A DNA stretch of 64,000 nucleotides, taken from the NCBI GenBank assembly GCA_051294905.1, contig CM119383.1:6076001-6140000 (forward strand), read 5' to 3'. Source of the DNA: Botryllus schlosseri. Taxonomy: Eukaryota. A model generated the notes under the pieces. The model made no database searches and was not told where the DNA came from. It saw nothing but the letters and a program-made list of their open reading frames with translations. How positions within the stretch are numbered: position 1 is the first letter of the stretch; each line of letters opens with the position of its first letter. Position numbers and translations under genes: made by a program. Positions 50,646 to 61,050 of this stretch are shown here, one piece after another.

Positions 50646-53198
50646 TTAATGAAATATTCCAAGAGTGTAGAGGCGTTCCTTCTGGCGACAGAGAATCGGC
50701 TTTCGTAGCTTTATGATCGTAGATTCCAGGACCTTTAAATGAAACAGAGAACGGCCACGAGCAAGTATAGAAAATTGACTGTCATTGTAATGATCAGCAC
50801 ATTCTGGATGGGATAAGAGATGCTGTCCAATAGCCGAATTACAAGCAGTAACTTGATCATAATCACGCAGTGTGTCAACAGACTGCGATGAAGGAGTTGG
50901 AGAAACAATATTTATTCTAATTTGCCGTGGGACATGCTGGCGAATTCTTTGCTGCAAGCGCTGAGACGTGCGACCTACATACCGACTGTCACATCGGCAC
51001 GTGTATTCATATATTATGTTGCTTTGATTTGTCGCAGGTAGCACATCCTTTTGCGTTGCAGGCATCAGAGATTTCGTCATGAAGATTATCTGAGGTTCTA
51101 CTTGTGAAAAACAATGGCTCACTGACGATTTAATTTGTTTTTCAAACCTGTTGGACACTTTCCCAATCCAAGGAAGATGCAAATAAACAGGACATTTTCT
51201 AGGTCCAAACGGTTTAACTTTTCTGAAATCTTTGAGTTTACGATCTATGGTCATTTTAATGATATGATCAGGATAACCATTTGACTGAAAGATTGACCGA
51301 ATGTTCTCCAATTCAGAATCAAGTTTGACTTTACTACAAATCATCAGAGCCCTGTGTACCAGAGTTCTTATCAAATTTACTTTACGTTTTACTGGACAGA
51401 AAGAATCCCACGAAATGTATTGCCCACTGAATGTAGGCTTACGGTAAACTGATGTAACAAAATTAGCACCCGTCTTTTCCACTACAACATCAAGGAATGC
51501 TAATGAATTATTGACCTCTTTTTCCATGGTGAATTTCAGTGATGGGTGAAGACCATTCAATTTGCTCAGAAACAAATCACACTGGGATTCATTTTCAAAT
51601 ATGGCGAAGGTGTCATCAACATATCTTTGATACATTAATGGTCGATCAATATCTTCGAATAACCGTTTTTCGTAATACCCCACAAAAATGTTAGCCAGAA
51701 TGGGACCAAGCGGCGATCCCATTGCAACACCATCGATCTGTGTATATATGGTGTTATTGAAACTAAATTCGACATCACAAGTGATCAATCGCATTAATTT
51801 AACAAAAGAAGACCTTGAGAATGGAGGAGATGGAAGGACACCACCATAGAGTTCATTGGCACAAATCTCTATAGTCTCTTGAACTGGCACGTTCGTGAAT
51901 AAACTAGATATATCAAACGAACACATAGAGATTTCGGACTCATCGAGATCAACATTACGAATGGTATCAGCAAATGTGAACGAGTCACGAATGCAGTTAC
52001 CACCATAGAACAAACTCACCGGCTCAAGATATCTCGCAATCCACTTCGCGACTTTGTGATACGCTGATCCAACCATCGATAGTATCGGACGTAAGGGTAC
52101 ATTCGATTTATGGGTCTTCGGAAGACCATACATACGTGGTCGAATGGAGCCAGTGGGTCTGATGTCGTCGTATTCAGCAGAAGAGATTTTTCCCGCCTTC
52201 TTGAGGGTCAATAGTAGACGCTGAATACGAGCTTCTATCTTGGAGGTGTTGTCATTGTCACACGCAGGGCCAAGGATTTCGAATTTAGACTTGTCGCCAA
52301 GAATTAAATCCATTTTAGAAATGTAGTCACACTTATTCAAAATGACTACACCAGATCCTTTATCAGGTTTGGTTATGTGAATTGACTTATTGGATTTCAG
52401 GGATCTGATGCTCCTGTAGCAATCGGAAGTCATCGTGAAATCACTTCTGTCGATTGGAGTTCCACAAAAACCATGCGCTAAGCTACTTAGTTTGGCTTTA
52501 AGGGCCACAATTTTCTCACTGTGTTCCTTTGCTCTGCTTTCATCATCAAATTTCTGGTGATGATGTGACAATTGTCCAAGTAATACCTCAAATTCAGCAA
52601 AGACTTCCTCACGCTTGATTTCTGTCGGTGGCACAGAAAAATCCAGACCAAGAGATAGTACCAACTCTTCTGTGTCACTCAGCTCATAGTCCGATAAGTT
52701 GGTAATAACCTTACTACCAGCAACTGCCTTGGTACCGTATCGTGTCTTGAGAAGCAAGCTGATGTTACGCTCATTCTGCCGTACCTTCTCATCCTCTTTA
52801 CGTGCATCAATTTTGGCCATATAACGACAAAACCGTATCAGGTCAAAATAAGATAGAAACTGCACTGCCTGCTGCTTAAGCTTGGCACAACGTTGAGTTA
52901 CGGTACTCATCTCTTTTACGCTGTTCTCGATCTCATCATGTAAAAATGCACTCTCAATCCTGGAGTTGATGCGAGCACGCGATTTCTCTATCCTCGTCTT
53001 CAGAAACTTTGGTACAACTCTTTTCTTTATACAAGCCTTAAGAAAGGCTACATGATACCGTAGATTTCGAATTTTCCCCCGAGTTCTGACCAACTTATTC
53101 AGGATCTCCAATTGTTGGTCACTGTACCGTTTGCGAAAGTATTTAAACAAGTGATTTGTGGTACAGAACTTCAGAATAACGCGAAACAATAACTTCAT
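50646..53198 (-). CDS. PLE RT + GIY-YIG, full length 850 aa
   Basis: Same translation as 47868-50420. Confidence 0.97.
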   Translation of the reverse strand: MKLLFRVILKFCTTNHLFKYFRKRYSDQQLEILNKLVRTRGKIRNLRYHVAFLKACIKKRVVPKFLKTRIEKSRARINSRIESAFLHDEIENSVKEMSTVTQRCAKLKQQAVQFLSYFDLIRFCRYMAKIDARKEDEKVRQNERNISLLLKTRYGTKAVAGSKVITNLSDYELSDTEELVLSLGLDFSVPPTEIKREEVFAEFEVLLGQLSHHHQKFDDESRAKEHSEKIVALKAKLSSLAHGFCGTPIDRSDFTMTSDCYRSIRSLKSNKSIHITKPDKGSGVVILNKCDYISKMDLILGDKSKFEILGPACDNDNTSKIEARIQRLLLTLKKAGKISSAEYDDIRPTGSIRPRMYGLPKTHKSNVPLRPILSMVGSAYHKVAKWIARYLEPVSLFYGGNCIRDSFTFADTIRNVDLDESEISMCSFDISSLFTNVPVQETIEICANELYGGVLPSPPFSRSSFVKLMRLITCDVEFSFNNTIYTQIDGVAMGSPLGPILANIFVGYYEKRLFEDIDRPLMYQRYVDDTFAIFENESQCDLFLSKLNGLHPSLKFTMEKEVNNSLAFLDVVVEKTGANFVTSVYRKPTFSGQYISWDSFCPVKRKVNLIRTLVHRALMICSKVKLDSELENIRSIFQSNGYPDHIIKMTIDRKLKDFRKVKPFGPRKCPVYLHLPWIGKVSNRFEKQIKSSVSHCFSQVEPQIIFMTKSLMPATQKDVLPATNQSNIIYEYTCRCDSRYVGRTSQRLQQRIRQHVPRQIRINIVSPTPSSQSVDTLRDYDQVTACNSAIGQHLLSHPECADHYNDSQFSILARGRSLFHLKVLESTIIKLRKPILCRQKERLYTLGIFH

Positions 53199-53210
53199 AT
53201 TGTTAATTTA

Positions 53211-53250
53211 TTCGCTAAAAGCTTTTCGACTAACTCTCATCAGTAGCGAA
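53211..53250 (-). ncRNA. Minimal type I hammerhead ribozyme (family A)
   Basis: Same motif, two units away. Confidence 0.85.
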
Positions 53251-53423
53251 CGTTAGTGATGGGGTGAATCAAATTCGAAATGTAAGAACTATTTTGTCTG
53301 TATGACGTAATAATAACAAAAACAAACAACTAGTAGACGGGCTAGATACGGTAGTAACGGTACAAAACAAACGTTAACGAGTACATATTCGGTTATAAAT
53401 AACCGAAAACACAACACATAACA

Positions 53424-55688
53424 TTAATGAAATATTCCAAGAGTGTAGAGGCGTTCCTTCTGGCGACAGAGAATCGGCTTTCGTAGCTTTATGATCGTAG
53501 ATTCCAGGACCTTTAAATGAAACAGAGAACGGCCACGAGCAAGTATAGAAAATTGACTGTCATTGTAATGATCAGCACATTCTGGATGGGATAAGAGATG
53601 CTGTCCAATAGCCGAATTACAAGCAGTAACTTGATCATAATCACGCAGTGTGTCAACAGACTGCGATGAAGGAGTTGGAGAAACAATATTTATTCTAATT
53701 TGCCGTGGGACATGCTGGCGAATTCTTTGCTGCAAGCGCTGAGACGTGCGACCTACATACCGACTGTCACATCGGCACGTGTATTCATATATTATGTTGC
53801 TTTGATTTGTCGCAGGTAGCACATCCTTTTGCGTTGCAGGCATCAGAGATTTCGTCATGAAGATTATCTGAGGTTCTACTTGTGAAAAACAATGGCTCAC
53901 TGACGATTTAATTTGTTTTTCAAACCTGTTGGACACTTTCCCAATCCAAGGAAGATGCAAATAAACAGGACATTTTCTAGGTCCAAACGGTTTAACTTTT
54001 CTGAAATCTTTGAGTTTACGATCTATGGTCATTTTAATGATATGATCAGGATAACCATTTGACTGAAAGATTGACCGAATGTTCTCCAATTCAGAATCAA
54101 GTTTGACTTTACTACAAATCATCAGAGCCCTGTGTACCAGAGTTCTTATCAAATTTACTTTACGTTTTACTGGACAGAAAGAATCCCACGAAATGTATTG
54201 CCCACTGAATGTAGGCTTACGGTAAACTGATGTAACAAAATTAGCACCCGTCTTTTCCACTACAACATCAAGGAATGCTAATGAATTATTGACCTCTTTT
54301 TCCATGGTGAATTTCAGTGATGGGTGAAGACCATTCAATTTGCTCAGAAACAAATCACACTGGGATTCATTTTCAAATATGGCGAAGGTGTCATCAACAT
54401 ATCTTTGATACATTAATGGTCGATCAATATCTTCGAATAACCGTTTTTCGTAATACCCCACAAAAATGTTAGCCAGAATGGGACCAAGCGGCGATCCCAT
54501 TGCAACACCATCGATCTGTGTATATATGGTGTTATTGAAACTAAATTCGACATCACAAGTGATCAATCGCATTAATTTAACAAAAGAAGACCTTGAGAAT
54601 GGAGGAGATGGAAGGACACCACCATAGAGTTCATTGGCACAAATCTCTATAGTCTCTTGAACTGGCACGTTCGTGAATAAACTAGATATATCAAACGAAC
54701 ACATAGAGATTTCGGACTCATCGAGATCAACATTACGAATGGTATCAGCAAATGTGAACGAGTCACGAATGCAGTTACCACCATAGAACAAACTCACCGG
54801 CTCAAGATATCTCGCAATCCACTTCGCGACTTTGTGATACGCTGATCCAACCATCGATAGTATCGGACGTAAGGGTACATTCGATTTATGGGTCTTCGGA
54901 AGACCATACATACGTGGTCGAATGGAGCCAGTGGGTCTGATGTCGTCGTATTCAGCAGAAGAGATTTTTCCCGCCTTCTTGAGGGTCAATAGTAGACGCT
55001 GAATACGAGCTTCTATCTTGGAGGTGTTGTCATTGTCACACGCAGGGCCAAGGATTTCGAATTTAGACTTGTCGCCAAGAATTAAATCCATTTTAGAAAT
55101 GTAGTCACACTTATTCAAAATGACTACACCAGATCCTTTATCAGGTTTGGTTATGTGAATTGACTTATTGGATTTCAGGGATCTGATGCTCCTGTAGCAA
55201 TCGGAAGTCATCGTGAAATCACTTCTGTCGATTGGAGTTCCACAAAAACCATGCGCTAAGCTACTTAGTTTGGCTTTAAGGGCCACAATTTTCTCACTGT
55301 GTTCCTTTGCTCTGCTTTCATCATCAAATTTCTGGTGATGATGTGACAATTGTCCAAGTAATACCTCAAATTCAGCAAAGACTTCCTCACGCTTGATTTC
55401 TGTCGGTGGCACAGAAAAATCCAGACCAAGAGATAGTACCAACTCTTCTGTGTCACTCAGCTCATAGTCCGATAAGTTGGTAATAACCTTACTACCAGCA
55501 ACTGCCTTGGTACCGTATCGTGTCTTGAGAAGCAAGCTGATGTTACGCTCATTCTGCCGTACCTTCTCATCCTCTTTACGTGCATCAATTTTGGCCATAT
55601 AACGACAAAACCGTATCAGGTCAAAATAAGATAGAAACTGCACTGCCTGCTGCTTAAGCTTGGCACAACGTTGAGTTACGGTACTCAT
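53424..55688 (-). CDS. PLE RT + GIY-YIG, 5'-truncated copy (754 aa from internal Met97)
   Basis: Homology ends at 55726 (palindrome centre); catalytic motifs intact. Confidence 0.85.
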   Translation of the reverse strand: MSTVTQRCAKLKQQAVQFLSYFDLIRFCRYMAKIDARKEDEKVRQNERNISLLLKTRYGTKAVAGSKVITNLSDYELSDTEELVLSLGLDFSVPPTEIKREEVFAEFEVLLGQLSHHHQKFDDESRAKEHSEKIVALKAKLSSLAHGFCGTPIDRSDFTMTSDCYRSIRSLKSNKSIHITKPDKGSGVVILNKCDYISKMDLILGDKSKFEILGPACDNDNTSKIEARIQRLLLTLKKAGKISSAEYDDIRPTGSIRPRMYGLPKTHKSNVPLRPILSMVGSAYHKVAKWIARYLEPVSLFYGGNCIRDSFTFADTIRNVDLDESEISMCSFDISSLFTNVPVQETIEICANELYGGVLPSPPFSRSSFVKLMRLITCDVEFSFNNTIYTQIDGVAMGSPLGPILANIFVGYYEKRLFEDIDRPLMYQRYVDDTFAIFENESQCDLFLSKLNGLHPSLKFTMEKEVNNSLAFLDVVVEKTGANFVTSVYRKPTFSGQYISWDSFCPVKRKVNLIRTLVHRALMICSKVKLDSELENIRSIFQSNGYPDHIIKMTIDRKLKDFRKVKPFGPRKCPVYLHLPWIGKVSNRFEKQIKSSVSHCFSQVEPQIIFMTKSLMPATQKDVLPATNQSNIIYEYTCRCDSRYVGRTSQRLQQRIRQHVPRQIRINIVSPTPSSQSVDTLRDYDQVTACNSAIGQHLLSHPECADHYNDSQFSILARGRSLFHLKVLESTIIKLRKPILCRQKERLYTLGIFH

Positions 55689-55782
55689 CTCTTTTACGCT
55701 GTTCTCGATCTCATCATGTAAAAATGACTCCAGGATTGAGAGTGCATTTTTACATGATGAGATCGAGAACAGCGTAAAAGAG

Positions 55783-58047
55783 ATGAGTACCGTAACTCAA
55801 CGTTGTGCCAAGCTTAAGCAGCAGGCAGTGCAGTTTCTATCTTATTTTGACCTGATACGGTTTTGTCGTTATATGGCCAAAATTGATGCACGTAAAGAGG
55901 ATGAGAAGGTACGGCAGAATGAGCGTAACATCAGCTTGCTTCTCAAGACACGATACGGTACCAAGGCAGTTGCTGGTAGTAAGGTTATTACCAACTTATC
56001 GGACTATGAGCTGAGTGACACAGAAGAGTTGGTACTATCTCTTGGTCTGGATTTTTCTGTGCCACCGACAGAAATCAAGCGTGAGGAAGTCTTTGCTGAA
56101 TTTGAGGTATTACTTGGACAATTGTCACATCATCACCAGAAATTTGATGATGAAAGCAGAGCAAAGGAACACAGTGAGAAAATTGTGGCCCTTAAAGCCA
56201 AACTAAGTAGCTTAGCGCATGGTTTTTGTGGAACTCCAATCGACAGAAGTGATTTCACGATGACTTCCGATTGCTACAGGAGCATCAGATCCCTGAAATC
56301 CAATAAGTCAATTCACATAACCAAACCTGATAAAGGATCTGGTGTAGTCATTTTGAATAAGTGTGACTACATTTCTAAAATGGATTTAATTCTTGGCGAC
56401 AAGTCTAAATTCGAAATCCTTGGCCCTGCGTGTGACAATGACAACACCTCCAAGATAGAAGCTCGTATTCAGCGTCTACTATTGACCCTCAAGAAGGCGG
56501 GAAAAATCTCTTCTGCTGAATACGACGACATCAGACCCACTGGCTCCATTCGACCACGTATGTATGGTCTTCCGAAGACCCATAAATCGAATGTACCCTT
56601 ACGTCCGATACTATCGATGGTTGGATCAGCGTATCACAAAGTCGCGAAGTGGATTGCGAGATATCTTGAGCCGGTGAGTTTGTTCTATGGTGGTAACTGC
56701 ATTCGTGACTCGTTCACATTTGCTGATACCATTCGTAATGTTGATCTCGATGAGTCCGAAATCTCTATGTGTTCGTTTGATATATCTAGTTTATTCACGA
56801 ACGTGCCAGTTCAAGAGACTATAGAGATTTGTGCCAATGAACTCTATGGTGGTGTCCTTCCATCTCCTCCATTCTCAAGGTCTTCTTTTGTTAAATTAAT
56901 GCGATTGATCACTTGTGATGTCGAATTTAGTTTCAATAACACCATATATACACAGATCGATGGTGTTGCAATGGGATCGCCGCTTGGTCCCATTCTGGCT
57001 AACATTTTTGTGGGGTATTACGAAAAACGGTTATTCGAAGATATTGATCGACCATTAATGTATCAAAGATATGTTGATGACACCTTCGCCATATTTGAAA
57101 ATGAATCCCAGTGTGATTTGTTTCTGAGCAAATTGAATGGTCTTCACCCATCACTGAAATTCACCATGGAAAAAGAGGTCAATAATTCATTAGCATTCCT
57201 TGATGTTGTAGTGGAAAAGACGGGTGCTAATTTTGTTACATCAGTTTACCGTAAGCCTACATTCAGTGGGCAATACATTTCGTGGGATTCTTTCTGTCCA
57301 GTAAAACGTAAAGTAAATTTGATAAGAACTCTGGTACACAGGGCTCTGATGATTTGTAGTAAAGTCAAACTTGATTCTGAATTGGAGAACATTCGGTCAA
57401 TCTTTCAGTCAAATGGTTATCCTGATCATATCATTAAAATGACCATAGATCGTAAACTCAAAGATTTCAGAAAAGTTAAACCGTTTGGACCTAGAAAATG
57501 TCCTGTTTATTTGCATCTTCCTTGGATTGGGAAAGTGTCCAACAGGTTTGAAAAACAAATTAAATCGTCAGTGAGCCATTGTTTTTCACAAGTAGAACCT
57601 CAGATAATCTTCATGACGAAATCTCTGATGCCTGCAACGCAAAAGGATGTGCTACCTGCGACAAATCAAAGCAACATAATATATGAATACACGTGCCGAT
57701 GTGACAGTCGGTATGTAGGTCGCACGTCTCAGCGCTTGCAGCAAAGAATTCGCCAGCATGTCCCACGGCAAATTAGAATAAATATTGTTTCTCCAACTCC
57801 TTCATCGCAGTCTGTTGACACACTGCGTGATTATGATCAAGTTACTGCTTGTAATTCGGCTATTGGACAGCATCTCTTATCCCATCCAGAATGTGCTGAT
57901 CATTACAATGACAGTCAATTTTCTATACTTGCTCGTGGCCGTTCTCTGTTTCATTTAAAGGTCCTGGAATCTACGATCATAAAGCTACGAAAGCCGATTC
58001 TCTGTCGCCAGAAGGAACGCCTCTACACTCTTGGAATATTTCATTAA
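55783..58047 (+). CDS. PLE RT + GIY-YIG, 5'-truncated copy (754 aa from internal Met97)
   Basis: Homology begins at 55727; catalytic motifs intact. Confidence 0.85.
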   Translation: MSTVTQRCAKLKQQAVQFLSYFDLIRFCRYMAKIDARKEDEKVRQNERNISLLLKTRYGTKAVAGSKVITNLSDYELSDTEELVLSLGLDFSVPPTEIKREEVFAEFEVLLGQLSHHHQKFDDESRAKEHSEKIVALKAKLSSLAHGFCGTPIDRSDFTMTSDCYRSIRSLKSNKSIHITKPDKGSGVVILNKCDYISKMDLILGDKSKFEILGPACDNDNTSKIEARIQRLLLTLKKAGKISSAEYDDIRPTGSIRPRMYGLPKTHKSNVPLRPILSMVGSAYHKVAKWIARYLEPVSLFYGGNCIRDSFTFADTIRNVDLDESEISMCSFDISSLFTNVPVQETIEICANELYGGVLPSPPFSRSSFVKLMRLITCDVEFSFNNTIYTQIDGVAMGSPLGPILANIFVGYYEKRLFEDIDRPLMYQRYVDDTFAIFENESQCDLFLSKLNGLHPSLKFTMEKEVNNSLAFLDVVVEKTGANFVTSVYRKPTFSGQYISWDSFCPVKRKVNLIRTLVHRALMICSKVKLDSELENIRSIFQSNGYPDHIIKMTIDRKLKDFRKVKPFGPRKCPVYLHLPWIGKVSNRFEKQIKSSVSHCFSQVEPQIIFMTKSLMPATQKDVLPATNQSNIIYEYTCRCDSRYVGRTSQRLQQRIRQHVPRQIRINIVSPTPSSQSVDTLRDYDQVTACNSAIGQHLLSHPECADHYNDSQFSILARGRSLFHLKVLESTIIKLRKPILCRQKERLYTLGIFH

Positions 58048-58220
58048 TGTTATGTGTTGTGTTTTCGGTTATTTATAACCGAATATGTACTCGTTAACGT
58101 TTGTTTTGTACCGTTACTACCGTATCTAGCCCGTCTACTAGTTGTTTGTTTTTGTTATTATTACGTCATACAGACAAAATAGTTCTTACATTTCGAATTT
58201 GATTCACCCCATCACTAACG

Positions 58221-58260
58221 TTCGCTACTGATGAGAGTTAGTCGAAAAGCTTTTAGCGAA
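58221..58260 (+). ncRNA. Minimal type I hammerhead ribozyme (family A)
   Basis: UUCGCUA-CUGAUGA-GA(GUUAG)UC-GAAA-AGCUU-U-UAGCGAA: 7-bp stem I, 2-bp stem II, palindromic stem III AAGCUU, predicted cleavage after 58253; ATG at 58273. Confidence 0.88.
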
Positions 58261-58272
58261 TAAATTAACAAT

Positions 58273-60825
58273 ATGAAGTTATTGTTTCGCGTTATTCTGA
58301 AGTTCTGTACCACAAATCACTTGTTTAAATACTTTCGCAAACGGTACAGTGACCAACAATTGGAGATCCTGAATAAGTTGGTCAGAACTCGGGGGAAAAT
58401 TCGAAATCTACGGTATCATGTAGCCTTTCTTAAGGCTTGTATAAAGAAAAGAGTTGTACCAAAGTTTCTGAAGACGAGGATAGAGAAATCGCGTGCTCGC
58501 ATCAACTCCAGGATTGAGAGTGCATTTTTACATGATGAGATCGAGAACAGCGTAAAAGAGATGAGTACCGTAACTCAACGTTGTGCCAAGCTTAAGCAGC
58601 AGGCAGTGCAGTTTCTATCTTATTTTGACCTGATACGGTTTTGTCGTTATATGGCCAAAATTGATGCACGTAAAGAGGATGAGAAGGTACGGCAGAATGA
58701 GCGTAACATCAGCTTGCTTCTCAAGACACGATACGGTACCAAGGCAGTTGCTGGTAGTAAGGTTATTACCAACTTATCGGACTATGAGCTGAGTGACACA
58801 GAAGAGTTGGTACTATCTCTTGGTCTGGATTTTTCTGTGCCACCGACAGAAATCAAGCGTGAGGAAGTCTTTGCTGAATTTGAGGTATTACTTGGACAAT
58901 TGTCACATCATCACCAGAAATTTGATGATGAAAGCAGAGCAAAGGAACACAGTGAGAAAATTGTGGCCCTTAAAGCCAAACTAAGTAGCTTAGCGCATGG
59001 TTTTTGTGGAACTCCAATCGACAGAAGTGATTTCACGATGACTTCCGATTGCTACAGGAGCATCAGATCCCTGAAATCCAATAAGTCAATTCACATAACC
59101 AAACCTGATAAAGGATCTGGTGTAGTCATTTTGAATAAGTGTGACTACATTTCTAAAATGGATTTAATTCTTGGCGACAAGTCTAAATTCGAAATCCTTG
59201 GCCCTGCGTGTGACAATGACAACACCTCCAAGATAGAAGCTCGTATTCAGCGTCTACTATTGACCCTCAAGAAGGCGGGAAAAATCTCTTCTGCTGAATA
59301 CGACGACATCAGACCCACTGGCTCCATTCGACCACGTATGTATGGTCTTCCGAAGACCCATAAATCGAATGTACCCTTACGTCCGATACTATCGATGGTT
59401 GGATCAGCGTATCACAAAGTCGCGAAGTGGATTGCGAGATATCTTGAGCCGGTGAGTTTGTTCTATGGTGGTAACTGCATTCGTGACTCGTTCACATTTG
59501 CTGATACCATTCGTAATGTTGATCTCGATGAGTCCGAAATCTCTATGTGTTCGTTTGATATATCTAGTTTATTCACGAACGTGCCAGTTCAAGAGACTAT
59601 AGAGATTTGTGCCAATGAACTCTATGGTGGTGTCCTTCCATCTCCTCCATTCTCAAGGTCTTCTTTTGTTAAATTAATGCGATTGATCACTTGTGATGTC
59701 GAATTTAGTTTCAATAACACCATATATACACAGATCGATGGTGTTGCAATGGGATCGCCGCTTGGTCCCATTCTGGCTAACATTTTTGTGGGGTATTACG
59801 AAAAACGGTTATTCGAAGATATTGATCGACCATTAATGTATCAAAGATATGTTGATGACACCTTCGCCATATTTGAAAATGAATCCCAGTGTGATTTGTT
59901 TCTGAGCAAATTGAATGGTCTTCACCCATCACTGAAATTCACCATGGAAAAAGAGGTCAATAATTCATTAGCATTCCTTGATGTTGTAGTGGAAAAGACG
60001 GGTGCTAATTTTGTTACATCAGTTTACCGTAAGCCTACATTCAGTGGGCAATACATTTCGTGGGATTCTTTCTGTCCAGTAAAACGTAAAGTAAATTTGA
60101 TAAGAACTCTGGTACACAGGGCTCTGATGATTTGTAGTAAAGTCAAACTTGATTCTGAATTGGAGAACATTCGGTCAATCTTTCAGTCAAATGGTTATCC
60201 TGATCATATCATTAAAATGACCATAGATCGTAAACTCAAAGATTTCAGAAAAGTTAAACCGTTTGGACCTAGAAAATGTCCTGTTTATTTGCATCTTCCT
60301 TGGATTGGGAAAGTGTCCAACAGGTTTGAAAAACAAATTAAATCGTCAGTGAGCCATTGTTTTTCACAAGTAGAACCTCAGATAATCTTCATGACGAAAT
60401 CTCTGATGCCTGCAACGCAAAAGGATGTGCTACCTGCGACAAATCAAAGCAACATAATATATGAATACACGTGCCGATGTGACAGTCGGTATGTAGGTCG
60501 CACGTCTCAGCGCTTGCAGCAAAGAATTCGCCAGCATGTCCCACGGCAAATTAGAATAAATATTGTTTCTCCAACTCCTTCATCGCAGTCTGTTGACACA
60601 CTGCGTGATTATGATCAAGTTACTGCTTGTAATTCGGCTATTGGACAGCATCTCTTATCCCATCCAGAATGTGCTGATCATTACAATGACAGTCAATTTT
60701 CTATACTTGCTCGTGGCCGTTCTCTGTTTCATTTAAAGGTCCTGGAATCTACGATCATAAAGCTACGAAAGCCGATTCTCTGTCGCCAGAAGGAACGCCT
60801 CTACACTCTTGGAATATTTCATTAA
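58273..60825 (+). CDS. PLE RT + GIY-YIG, full length 850 aa
   Basis: Same translation as the minus-arm copies. Confidence 0.97.
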   Translation: MKLLFRVILKFCTTNHLFKYFRKRYSDQQLEILNKLVRTRGKIRNLRYHVAFLKACIKKRVVPKFLKTRIEKSRARINSRIESAFLHDEIENSVKEMSTVTQRCAKLKQQAVQFLSYFDLIRFCRYMAKIDARKEDEKVRQNERNISLLLKTRYGTKAVAGSKVITNLSDYELSDTEELVLSLGLDFSVPPTEIKREEVFAEFEVLLGQLSHHHQKFDDESRAKEHSEKIVALKAKLSSLAHGFCGTPIDRSDFTMTSDCYRSIRSLKSNKSIHITKPDKGSGVVILNKCDYISKMDLILGDKSKFEILGPACDNDNTSKIEARIQRLLLTLKKAGKISSAEYDDIRPTGSIRPRMYGLPKTHKSNVPLRPILSMVGSAYHKVAKWIARYLEPVSLFYGGNCIRDSFTFADTIRNVDLDESEISMCSFDISSLFTNVPVQETIEICANELYGGVLPSPPFSRSSFVKLMRLITCDVEFSFNNTIYTQIDGVAMGSPLGPILANIFVGYYEKRLFEDIDRPLMYQRYVDDTFAIFENESQCDLFLSKLNGLHPSLKFTMEKEVNNSLAFLDVVVEKTGANFVTSVYRKPTFSGQYISWDSFCPVKRKVNLIRTLVHRALMICSKVKLDSELENIRSIFQSNGYPDHIIKMTIDRKLKDFRKVKPFGPRKCPVYLHLPWIGKVSNRFEKQIKSSVSHCFSQVEPQIIFMTKSLMPATQKDVLPATNQSNIIYEYTCRCDSRYVGRTSQRLQQRIRQHVPRQIRINIVSPTPSSQSVDTLRDYDQVTACNSAIGQHLLSHPECADHYNDSQFSILARGRSLFHLKVLESTIIKLRKPILCRQKERLYTLGIFH

Positions 60826-60998
60826 TGTTATGTGTTGTGTTTTCGGTTATTTATAACCGAATATGTACTCGTTAACGTTTGTTTTGTACCGTTACTACCG
60901 TATCTAGCCCGTCTACTAGTTGTTTGTTTTTGTTATTATTACGTCATACAGACAAAATAGTTCTTACATTTCGAATTTGATTCACCCCATCACTAACG

Positions 60999-61038
60999 TT
61001 CGCTACTGATGAGAGTTAGTCGAAAAGCTTTTAGCGAA
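60999..61038 (+). ncRNA. Minimal type I hammerhead ribozyme (family A)
   Basis: Identical motif; ATG at 61051. Confidence 0.85.
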
Positions 61039-61050
61039 TAAATTAACAAT

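Noticed and set aside
58064-58083. Hairpin TTCGGTTAT-TT-ATAACCGAA in the PLE 3' UTR as a terminator
   Set aside because: Eukaryotic context and no counterpart seen in family B; may be an RNA signal but there is no support.
60826-61050. Read-through polyprotein, since the 2778-bp unit is a multiple of 3
   Set aside because: The 225-nt spacer has further in-frame stops (TAG, TAA, TAA) after the ORF stop.
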